Source: an uncultured Spirochaetota bacterium (GTDB taxonomy: Bacteria; Spirochaetota; Brevinematia; Brevinematales; JAOACQ01). From it: a DNA stretch of 64,000 bases. The stretch's first letter is position 1; the number at the start of each line of letters is the position of its first letter. The notes below the pieces were generated by a model that was not told where the DNA came from, made no database searches, and saw only the letters and a program-made list of their open reading frames with translations. The stretch spans positions 480,001 through 544,000 of the forward strand of contig CAWIGG010000002.1 in the NCBI GenBank assembly GCA_963835575.1, written 5' to 3'. Position numbers and translations under genes: made by a program. Below, piece by piece: positions 40,374-48,937 of the stretch.

Positions 40374-42326
40374 CTTAAGGCCGGTTTTTTCCTCATTCCT
40401 TTTATCGGATGTTTTTTCCTGCAGAACATATTTTTCCAGATATTGCTTCAAAGCCCGCGTTTTATCAGCATTGTCAAGAATATTGCCCTTTATCTGTTCT
40501 ATAGTTTTAATGAGATGGTTCATGGCTTCAATATGTTTTTTCGTGCTTTCCTTATTGTCAATGGACATATTTCTCAAATCGTTTAAAGCGCCGGAAAAGT
40601 CATAGGTGGCGTCCTTCTGCTCTATCATTGAAAGCTTTACTTCTTCCGTGATTTTAACCAGTTCCTGGGTTGATTTCAAGATCTCTTTGGCGCCGTTATT
40701 CTGCTCGGCTATGGCAACACTGAGCTGGCTGATGATCTGAACATTCTGGCCTGAATAAGCGGTGATCATATCAAGGCCCACGCCGGCCTTTTCGGCAAGT
40801 CTGACGGAATCGTCAATCCGTCCGACAATCGTACTTACGACATCTCCGATATCCCTGGCGTTTTTATTTGTATCTTCGGAAAGCCTTCTTATTTCGTCGG
40901 CGACAATGGCAAAACCCTTTCCGGCCTCGCCGGCATGCGCGGCCTCTATCGCGGCGTTCATAGCCAATAAATTTGTCTGTTTAGCGATATTTGATATTAA
41001 TCCCAGAAGTTTCAATATCTGCTGGGAATATTCGGCAACTTCCCGGATTGATTGAACTGAAGCCTTAACAGCCGTGCTCCCCTCAATGGAAACGCTGTTG
41101 AGGTTCTGCGATATGTCTTTTGTTTTGTTCGACATTTCTGTCGTGTTTTCAATGTTCCGCACCATTTCTTCAATGGAGCTCGCGCCTTCTTCAACGGCTG
41201 AAGCCTGCTTGACCATGATATTCATAATACTTTCAATATTGCGGACGACTTCTTCCAATGTGGCGGTCAATTCCTCAATCCCGGAAGTAGAACTTTCCGA
41301 CTGCGTGTCAAGCTTTTGGATTGTTTCCTTAATAATATCCAGATTCGGTTTAATAGAGCGGTCCATTAAATCCTTTGAGGTTTCGGATGTATCTTTTACT
41401 GTATTTGTTATATTCCCGACCTGTATCAGGTCTTCATTCAAACTGCTTATGAGCTCGTTAAAGCTTTTTGCCAGATCGCCCATTTCATCATTTCTGGTTA
41501 GAACTATCCTTTTTGTCAAATCCCCTTTTCCTTCGCTTATTTCCTTGAGCGAACGGATCGTTTCTTTTAAAGGTTTGATAAGGCGGCGTGTGAACAGGAA
41601 AATAAAGGGAAGGATAAGAATGCAGATAACAGCCAGGATTATTGTTATGGTAAAGAATAATCCGGTCATTTCCTTATCGGATTGTTCTTTTTCCTGATTG
41701 ACTTTGGTTTCTAAGTCATCGGTATAAATACCGGAGCCGATGATCCATCCCCATGGTTTGAAAAGCATAACAAAAGAAAGCTTCGGCTGGTCTTTCATGG
41801 CATTGTCGGCGCCTGGTTTCGGCCAGAGATATTCGATAAAGCCGCTCCCGTTTTTTTCACCTGTCTCAACAGCCGCCGCAAAAAGGTTCCTTTTTTCTTT
41901 TCCCATTGTATTGTATTTTGAATCGCTCAAAACCTTGTCGTTTAATTCCGGCATAACCGGATCCATTATCATGACAGGATAGGGTTTTGATGTATCATTA
42001 ATCCATAAATAACCGGCGTCCTCATCATACCTTATCTTTTTTATATCCTGCAGGATTTTCTTTTTTGCTTCTTCATCGTTTGTTTTATGACGGGATTGGT
42101 TTTTTTGAGAATTGTAGGCTTCCTGGATCAAATTATATCCGACAGAAACAATATTTTTCAGGCTGTATTTGCGTTCGGTAAACAATTCCTCTCTATAATT
42201 TTTTAATCTATAATTACTGCTGATAGAAAGCAGGGTCCATAAAGAAATTAAAGAAATAATATAAAACAAAACAAGAATTAAGAGATTGAATGAAGTAATC
42301 TTTGTACCGATTTTTACGCCTTTCAC
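40362..42326 (-). CDS. Methyl-accepting chemotaxis protein (Cache-HAMP-MCP)
   Basis: Two TM segments, Cache YLWPKP, IAKQTNLLAMNAAIEAAHAGEAGKGFAIVADEIRRL. Confidence 0.95.
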   Translation of the reverse strand: MKGVKIGTKITSFNLLILVLFYIISLISLWTLLSISSNYRLKNYREELFTERKYSLKNIVSVGYNLIQEAYNSQKNQSRHKTNDEEAKKKILQDIKKIRYDEDAGYLWINDTSKPYPVMIMDPVMPELNDKVLSDSKYNTMGKEKRNLFAAAVETGEKNGSGFIEYLWPKPGADNAMKDQPKLSFVMLFKPWGWIIGSGIYTDDLETKVNQEKEQSDKEMTGLFFTITIILAVICILILPFIFLFTRRLIKPLKETIRSLKEISEGKGDLTKRIVLTRNDEMGDLAKSFNELISSLNEDLIQVGNITNTVKDTSETSKDLMDRSIKPNLDIIKETIQKLDTQSESSTSGIEELTATLEEVVRNIESIMNIMVKQASAVEEGASSIEEMVRNIENTTEMSNKTKDISQNLNSVSIEGSTAVKASVQSIREVAEYSQQILKLLGLISNIAKQTNLLAMNAAIEAAHAGEAGKGFAIVADEIRRLSEDTNKNARDIGDVVSTIVGRIDDSVRLAEKAGVGLDMITAYSGQNVQIISQLSVAIAEQNNGAKEILKSTQELVKITEEVKLSMIEQKDATYDFSGALNDLRNMSIDNKESTKKHIEAMNHLIKTIEQIKGNILDNADKTRALKQYLEKYVLQEKTSDKRNEEKTGLKLVE

Positions 42327-42709
42327 AACTATCCTCCCGCTGTGAATTCCCCATTAAATAAACATCGACAAATCGATTCAAAATATGAAGCGGGCCGATC
42401 AATGGGAATAATTAATGCAGGAATGCGATTTAAAGTCCGCTCCGCTCTCAGGCTTATTTAAGGTTTTTTATAAAAACGGCACTGTTTTCCATACCATCTT
42501 TACGGGATATTCTATCAAGAGTATCTGTTTTTGGCAATAAAATATGTCCAGCAAAAAAGAGTAATACTGACATAAAAAAAGAATCTCAAAATTATTGGAA
42601 TAAATACAATGTAAATATCTGTTAAATAGTAATGAAGCCATTGAAAGGATTGACTGAAAATTTAGATGCTCTTTTATGTGAAAATGTATTAAATCAGTAT
42701 ATAATATAA

Positions 42710-42830
42710 GGGCGGTTCAAATAATGAAAAAATATCTTTTATCATCTTTCACCGGATAGATCGCTTCTCAAGCGGAGCCTGACAAACCGGTGAAGGAAAA
42801 TCCACTAAAATAATAACTATTGGAACATCC
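42710..42830. mobile_element. Second, inverted and more degenerate copy of the IS5-like MITE
   Basis: Starts GGGCGGTTCAAA; reverse complement contains tccttcaccggtttgtcaggct, similar to tccctcaccagtttgtcaggct at 37518. Confidence 0.5.
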
Positions 42831-42917
42831 TATAGTAAAGTTTGAAGAAAAACGTTTCTTTTACTACGGTTATACGGGCGCCGATATATATTACTGTTTT
42901 TTATCCGGGGTAATTCT

Positions 42918-45900
42918 TTGAAAAAAAATACCTGTTCCTGTATTATTACCTTAAGCTTGCTATTCTTACAAACATTTTGTTTTTCTTTAACAAACATGTC
43001 CAGTTCCTCTCAATTCACTGCATTATCGAACAGTTTATCCAATACAATCAGTCCGGGCTTATCCAATGCTGTCAGTCCGGGAACAAATATAATCTTTATG
43101 TTTTATGATCCTTTTCTGCCTCTGGAGGATATTGAATCGCCGGACGATCTCAAGCTTTCCATAGCCCGCTTGTTTTACCCTGTTGATGATTTACTTTTTG
43201 AAAAGCGGGAACCGAAGTTTGCCTTAAAAAGAACACTTTCAAAAGGATTGAAGCTGTTAACTGAGGAAGATCTAAAACTTTATTCTGAACAGGCTTTTAT
43301 CAGGCAAAATCAGCAGGGCGCGCCGAAAAGGCTTGAATTTTCCGAAGAGGAAAAAAAGCATCTCAGCTTTGGTTTTGAGCAATGGGAAACTAAAGTAATT
43401 GTAAGCGGCGGCATAAATCTGCAGACAGGCTACGGCTGGTCTTTAAAAGATGAGAATTTTCCCAATTCACCCTCCGGTATTCCTCTGGGATTTAATATGA
43501 ATCAGAATATGAGGGTTAATATTGTCGGTAAAATAGGAGAAAGGGTCTCTGTCAATATCAATCATAGTTCCGATAATCCGGATAATGAATATGAAATTGC
43601 GTATAAAGCGCTGGATGCGGATGAAGGGATATTAAGGGAGCTGCGGGCCGGAAATATTTCGCTTAATATTCCCCAATCAAGCTATTTTGTGAAATATGAC
43701 GGAACAAGCAAGGACAGTTATGGTTTAAAAGCCGTTTTTAAAGCAGGGGATGTTGATATACAAACAGTCTTAAGCCTCACAAAAAGCCTGAGAGGGTACA
43801 AAAAATTTATCGGGAACAGACAGGAGCAAAGATTTGAGCTCCAGGATGTGAGTTATGTAAAGAGAAAATATTATCTCCTTCCGGATACTCAGATTGACTA
43901 TGGAAGTCTTGAGCTTCTCTCCTCAACAAGTCTGACAAACCTGGCAACCCGCAGGATTGATTCTCATTATTTTATCCGGTTGATTGAAGGGAAAGATTAT
44001 TTTATTAATAATAATACGGGAGAACTGACACTGACCAATACGCTCGACAGGAATACGGACCTGGTTGTCAAATATACGAGAAGCGGCATGATGTTTACGA
44101 CAAACTCATTGAGTATAGTCGGCCAGGATGATAATACCGGGGAAAAGTTCCTGTACCTCTGGAAAGCGGTGATGAATTTTTCGCCTTATATCCATTACGG
44201 CTATTATTCACTGCCTTACAGAAATTTTGACACAACAAGAGGTTTTTCCCTGACCGTCGTCTATACAGCTGATAAGTCGAAATTATCGGACCTTCAATTC
44301 AGTTCATATGATTATCTCATTTCTTCCTTGAATGGGACCATTCAGTTTAAAAACAAACTCCCTTTTCCAGATCTTAATGGATCAATTTATTCAAATGCGA
44401 ATGATCCTTCCTCAATAGATTCTGTTAATACAATGGTTATTGTTTTATTTAATGAAGTCGGCACTTACCAGCTGGATTTCGGAATAATCGGGGGGACAGA
44501 GCGTGTTTATGTAAACGGCAGGCTCCTTTCACCTTCTGAATATACCCTGGTTTATTCTCTGGGGGAACTTGTTTTTAATAATTCCGCCATTATCAATGAA
44601 AATGATACAATAGAAGTTTATTACGAGTACAAACCCTTCTGGGCCGGTTCGCAGAAATTCAGCATTGCCGCCCGTATGGATTATAAACCTTCAAATATTT
44701 TCAATCTGGGCAGCACGCTTGTTTACAATATAGCTCAGCGTGACGTCGGAGCTCCGCATATTGAGGCAACGCCGGAAGGAGTATTTATGTCGGATCTGGA
44801 CGGGACCCTCAATATTGCTCGGGCTTTAAAGCTTCCCGACGATTTTGAGTTTACCCTGAAAGGGGAATATGCGTTATCGGTCGTGGACCCGAATATTGCC
44901 GGTTATGCCATAATTGAGGATTTTGAAAACTCAGGCGAATCATTCGGTTTTTCTAAAACAGAAAACAACTGGATTCTCTGTTCTCCCTGCACAAATATTC
45001 CGGGCATCTATTATACAAACCGGGGACAGCTTCTTTATAAAGACTACAGGGCGTATAATCTGGACGGGAGTTATTCAATGCTTTATTATTCGGCATATTT
45101 ATCCCCGGATAAAATTAAGGACTATTCATTCAAACCGGGGCCTTATATGACGCTGGGCGGACATCTCAATTCCGCGCTCTATCCGGATGTAAACCAGTCA
45201 TCCCTGGTTTTTGATTATGATTTCCGCCAGGGGGGAGATTGGGTCGGCGCCGTACTTCCTATTGCCGGCTCTTCAGGGATTGATTTAAGCCTGTATAATC
45301 AGATTTCCGTCTGGGCTTACCTTCAGAGTGATAGTGCCGGGGATAATAATTATTCTGATGATACAGGAGCCTCAGTTGATTTATATGTTGTCGCGGGGAC
45401 TTTGAACGAGGATAGCGACGGAGACGGGATTTTAGAAGGAGAAGTTGATCGTTCCCAGCCCGGGTATGATTTTCATAATTATCTCAATAAATCAATTGTG
45501 GAAACAAAAGTCGGAAGAGGGAGGCTTGGGGAAGGGGATGGTTATGAACAATCTGAGGATATAAACCGTAACGGCGTCTTGGACACAAACGAGGATGTGG
45601 TTGTTTTTCCCGGTATAGAAGGTTATACGGATATTACAAATGCTTCGGTTAACGGCGGCGGCTGGCAGAAAATAACAATTAATATTCAGTCGCTGTCGCA
45701 GAGCCAGATCGCGGCGCTTGAACATTCCAGCGCGCTGGCCGTTTATATAAAAAAGAAGAACGGATTAAAGGGCAGGGTAATTATTGATACTTTGGAATTT
45801 AAAAAAGTCAACTGGAATGAAAAAAGAATTGACGGATTCAGTGCCGATGATTCAAAAGTGTTTTCGGCTGAAATCCTCTCGGTATTGAACAATCCTTTTT

Positions 45901-48593
45901 ATTCGGCCAACCGTTTTTATAGAGTACAGTCCGGCGACAGCAGTGTTCAGGCGAGGGCTGATATTTTTGAAAAGCTCCATGGCCCGAAAACAATTGCGGA
46001 AGCCAACCAGTATGATGAAAAAGCCATGGCTCTTATTTATCATCTTTCAAATACAGGTTATGATACCAATTCTTCTTCAGGAGGGACTTCGGCAGTACTT
46101 GTCAAAAGAAATTTAGTCGCATATGATATTTCCCAATACCACTATTTGAATTATTATATTTATATACCGGATACGGATGAAAACGGCGATGCTCTAAAAA
46201 TTACCGGCGATACTTATTCAAATGAAAATTTTATTTTTGTTGTGGGCAGTTCTGACAATAGTTATTATAAATGGCGCATACCGCTGAGCTCTATCGCAAA
46301 AAACAAGTGGATACCGGTACAGATAAAGATATCTGAAGGTCTTTTAATGGAGGTGGATGGGAATCAGATCGGAGGTTATGAAAAGCCGGTATCAGTGGGA
46401 TACCCCAATCTGATTGATGTGAATTTTCTGGAAATCGGTGTTGAGCTTTCATCTACTAATGAACCGGTTAACAACGGTATTATATGGGTTAATGAAATGT
46501 ATACTTCATCAGATGTGAATAAAATAGGAACGGCATATTATATAAATCCGGTAATTGAATATAAAAAACCGCTGTTCAGCGTTGGCGATATTGAAATCCT
46601 TGGTCCTCTTTCGCTTAAAGGCACTTATGAAAACAGGGATTTGAATTTTATATCCGCCGAGGGAGCGACAACAGGAAGCTATAATAATAATTTGAGCATT
46701 GCCTATCTTTCAAGTGTTTTGAAAGATGTCAATTATGGAATATCTATGAGCGAGAATAATCAGGGTACCGCGACAAATATTATTCAGATGCCCCTCTACC
46801 TGCAGTGGAACAGCACAAGGCAGACTTATAACCATTCCATCAGCTACGGCGGCAAAAACTTTATGCCCACTATTTCTCATTCTTTTACCGAAAGCTTTGA
46901 TTACTTGCTTTCCAGGAACTTGGTCAATTCGTCTTCAAATGACAGTATTATCGGCTTATTAAATAATCAGTACTCCAGTTCCGCAAAGCTTGATTTGAGT
47001 CAGAATTTAAATATTTTAAGCCTGTTTGTTATCACTCCCAGGGTCGGCTTTGAAGATTCTTATTATTTAATTGATAATTCCAGCTTTACAAATGAAGAAG
47101 ATAAAAGTTATCTGACAAACAGCGGTGCCTATGGGATGAAAGATTTAAAAAAAACCCTTTTGTCGGGCCTGGGTTTATCAATCTGGGTTCTTAATCTTTC
47201 CGGTGAATATACTCATTCAGAGGAAAAATATGATAAAGTCCTGGATAGCGCGGGGTACAGAAAGGATATAGAAGATTTAAAACAGCTTTCAATGTTTGAG
47301 CGCTATTATCAAAGGCTGAGAAGCGCGTCTGAAGGGTTTTATTTTGTTGATGAAAAATTTGATATGCAGAATTCAGATTCTTACTCGATTATATTTTCAG
47401 GAGATAGACCGGTATCATTGTTCAGCTGGTGGCTCAATGATAAAATTGGAAGGAATGCGCAGGAATATAATTATCAGTCTGACGGAAGCCTGTATTCCCG
47501 TCTGGAAATGTATAATCTGCTGAGCGATTTTAAATTATCCATCTATCCAAAATTTATAATAGACACATTTATTTTCAAGATCAGGAGAACCCTTGGAACC
47601 AGCTATACTTCTGCCGTCCAGTCTATTTATTATACAAATATATTAAACTCATTCGGCCGGATTTATTATGACCAGCCTTTTAATTATTCTGATTTATTCT
47701 CAGGTACAGCCGGAAGGACAAACAGCCTTAATCTGGTAAAAGAATATTCCGCGCCGGATTACAACAGCGTGGTCAATTATAATGATTATCTGGAATTTGA
47801 ATTAAATCTTCCTGAAATGAAAAATGTGCTGGACACATTTGTTCCGAAAAGATATTTCCTATCAACTTCGCTATCCACAAGCAGAAATCTCAGTTCTTAT
47901 TCTCAAAGTCATGAGAATCTATTCTTATTATCTTTTCCCATAAAAATTTCTGAATGGGGAATTAATGATCCGGCTAATCAGGCTTTTAGAATAGGGGATA
48001 TTACAATTGATTTGAGTACCAAAAATGATGTCAATTTTAATGATAGATCGGTTATTAATACAGTCGCTGCCGGGATCAGCGAGCCTTTCTTTTTCAGTAC
48101 AAACGCGAATTTATTAATTAAATACAGTCTGGCGTATAGTTCGGAAGATTATTTGCAGAATGCGGAGGAATTTGAAAAGGATTACGGGTTTACCGTGGAT
48201 GCCACCAATTATTCGCCGATGCAGAAGTACAGCCATACTGCCGGAATCGTTTATAACTGGCTTATTCCCAATGTAAAAGAAGTCAATCTTCTATTATTTA
48301 AAATCAAGCTGGCCGGTTATACAGTCAATAATCAGGAGGGATTGACTTATACAGCGGATTCGATTTCTTATCAGGGATACCGTTTCATCCAATTTACTCA
48401 AAAGATTTATGAAATTACTCTGGACCATAATACACAGTTTCAATTTTCCGATTTTGTAAAAGGCGGTATAATATTAAAAGCTGTTTTTAATCAATATGCG
48501 GAAATCACCCCGCTTGATAATTCGATTAAGACTTCATACTTCAAGCCGGGTTTCGGTTTTCTTGCGGCTATTGACGTGAAGATCACATTTTAA
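42918..48593 (+). CDS. Very large outer-membrane protein, SprA (T9SS translocon)-like
   Basis: 1891 aa, signal peptide, QNMRVNIVGKIGERVSVNI, ELRAGNISL, YGLKA, EYTLVYSLGEL, IEDFE, EDINRNGVLD; C-terminal F. Confidence 0.65.
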   Translation: MKKNTCSCIITLSLLFLQTFCFSLTNMSSSSQFTALSNSLSNTISPGLSNAVSPGTNIIFMFYDPFLPLEDIESPDDLKLSIARLFYPVDDLLFEKREPKFALKRTLSKGLKLLTEEDLKLYSEQAFIRQNQQGAPKRLEFSEEEKKHLSFGFEQWETKVIVSGGINLQTGYGWSLKDENFPNSPSGIPLGFNMNQNMRVNIVGKIGERVSVNINHSSDNPDNEYEIAYKALDADEGILRELRAGNISLNIPQSSYFVKYDGTSKDSYGLKAVFKAGDVDIQTVLSLTKSLRGYKKFIGNRQEQRFELQDVSYVKRKYYLLPDTQIDYGSLELLSSTSLTNLATRRIDSHYFIRLIEGKDYFINNNTGELTLTNTLDRNTDLVVKYTRSGMMFTTNSLSIVGQDDNTGEKFLYLWKAVMNFSPYIHYGYYSLPYRNFDTTRGFSLTVVYTADKSKLSDLQFSSYDYLISSLNGTIQFKNKLPFPDLNGSIYSNANDPSSIDSVNTMVIVLFNEVGTYQLDFGIIGGTERVYVNGRLLSPSEYTLVYSLGELVFNNSAIINENDTIEVYYEYKPFWAGSQKFSIAARMDYKPSNIFNLGSTLVYNIAQRDVGAPHIEATPEGVFMSDLDGTLNIARALKLPDDFEFTLKGEYALSVVDPNIAGYAIIEDFENSGESFGFSKTENNWILCSPCTNIPGIYYTNRGQLLYKDYRAYNLDGSYSMLYYSAYLSPDKIKDYSFKPGPYMTLGGHLNSALYPDVNQSSLVFDYDFRQGGDWVGAVLPIAGSSGIDLSLYNQISVWAYLQSDSAGDNNYSDDTGASVDLYVVAGTLNEDSDGDGILEGEVDRSQPGYDFHNYLNKSIVETKVGRGRLGEGDGYEQSEDINRNGVLDTNEDVVVFPGIEGYTDITNASVNGGGWQKITINIQSLSQSQIAALEHSSALAVYIKKKNGLKGRVIIDTLEFKKVNWNEKRIDGFSADDSKVFSAEILSVLNNPFYSANRFYRVQSGDSSVQARADIFEKLHGPKTIAEANQYDEKAMALIYHLSNTGYDTNSSSGGTSAVLVKRNLVAYDISQYHYLNYYIYIPDTDENGDALKITGDTYSNENFIFVVGSSDNSYYKWRIPLSSIAKNKWIPVQIKISEGLLMEVDGNQIGGYEKPVSVGYPNLIDVNFLEIGVELSSTNEPVNNGIIWVNEMYTSSDVNKIGTAYYINPVIEYKKPLFSVGDIEILGPLSLKGTYENRDLNFISAEGATTGSYNNNLSIAYLSSVLKDVNYGISMSENNQGTATNIIQMPLYLQWNSTRQTYNHSISYGGKNFMPTISHSFTESFDYLLSRNLVNSSSNDSIIGLLNNQYSSSAKLDLSQNLNILSLFVITPRVGFEDSYYLIDNSSFTNEEDKSYLTNSGAYGMKDLKKTLLSGLGLSIWVLNLSGEYTHSEEKYDKVLDSAGYRKDIEDLKQLSMFERYYQRLRSASEGFYFVDEKFDMQNSDSYSIIFSGDRPVSLFSWWLNDKIGRNAQEYNYQSDGSLYSRLEMYNLLSDFKLSIYPKFIIDTFIFKIRRTLGTSYTSAVQSIYYTNILNSFGRIYYDQPFNYSDLFSGTAGRTNSLNLVKEYSAPDYNSVVNYNDYLEFELNLPEMKNVLDTFVPKRYFLSTSLSTSRNLSSYSQSHENLFLLSFPIKISEWGINDPANQAFRIGDITIDLSTKNDVNFNDRSVINTVAAGISEPFFFSTNANLLIKYSLAYSSEDYLQNAEEFEKDYGFTVDATNYSPMQKYSHTAGIVYNWLIPNVKEVNLLLFKIKLAGYTVNNQEGLTYTADSISYQGYRFIQFTQKIYEITLDHNTQFQFSDFVKGGIILKAVFNQYAEITPLDNSIKTSYFKPGFGFLAAIDVKITF

Positions 48594-48608
48594 ATGATAT
48601 AAACATTT

Positions 48609-48923
48609 ATCACGAATAAATCCGCTTATGCACGCAAACTTGTAGTGAGCCTGCCTATAAAAGCGAAGGGGAATAGAAAATATTAGCCCGCTAATGACGC
48701 TAATTAACGAGAATAATAAAAAGCTGAAGTATATTCAGCACCAAGGACACAAAGCAATGCCCCGAGCCTGCCGAGGGGAAAACCAAGTATAAAAAATTCC
48801 TTCTTGGTGTCCTTAATGACCTAGTGGTGAATAAATTCCCGATTTGCGTGATTCGCGTGAAAGTAAACTCATATAGTTCATAATTCTTTGTGTCTGGAGC
48901 CTGTCCTGAGCGGAAGCGAAGGA
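48609..48923. repeat. Nested cluster of inverted repeat arms with three GAG/CGAA mini-hairpins
   Basis: Forward arms at 48609, 48688, 48734; reverse arms at 48803-48831 and 48835-48860; mini-hairpins at 48639, 48758, 48899. Confidence 0.65.
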
Positions 48924-48937
48924 AGTCTTTTTTTATG

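Noticed and set aside
42512..42545. SAM-I riboswitch (TATCAAGAG)
   Set aside because: Only the first motif matches; the downstream conserved elements are absent
42861..42887. Sigma28 promoter (GCCGATAT) before the SprA-like gene
   Set aside because: Good -10 but the -35 position reads TTAC rather than TAAA; too weak to call
173..48923. CRISPR array interpretation of the repeats
   Set aside because: No regularly spaced identical direct repeats with unique spacers, and no cas genes in the window
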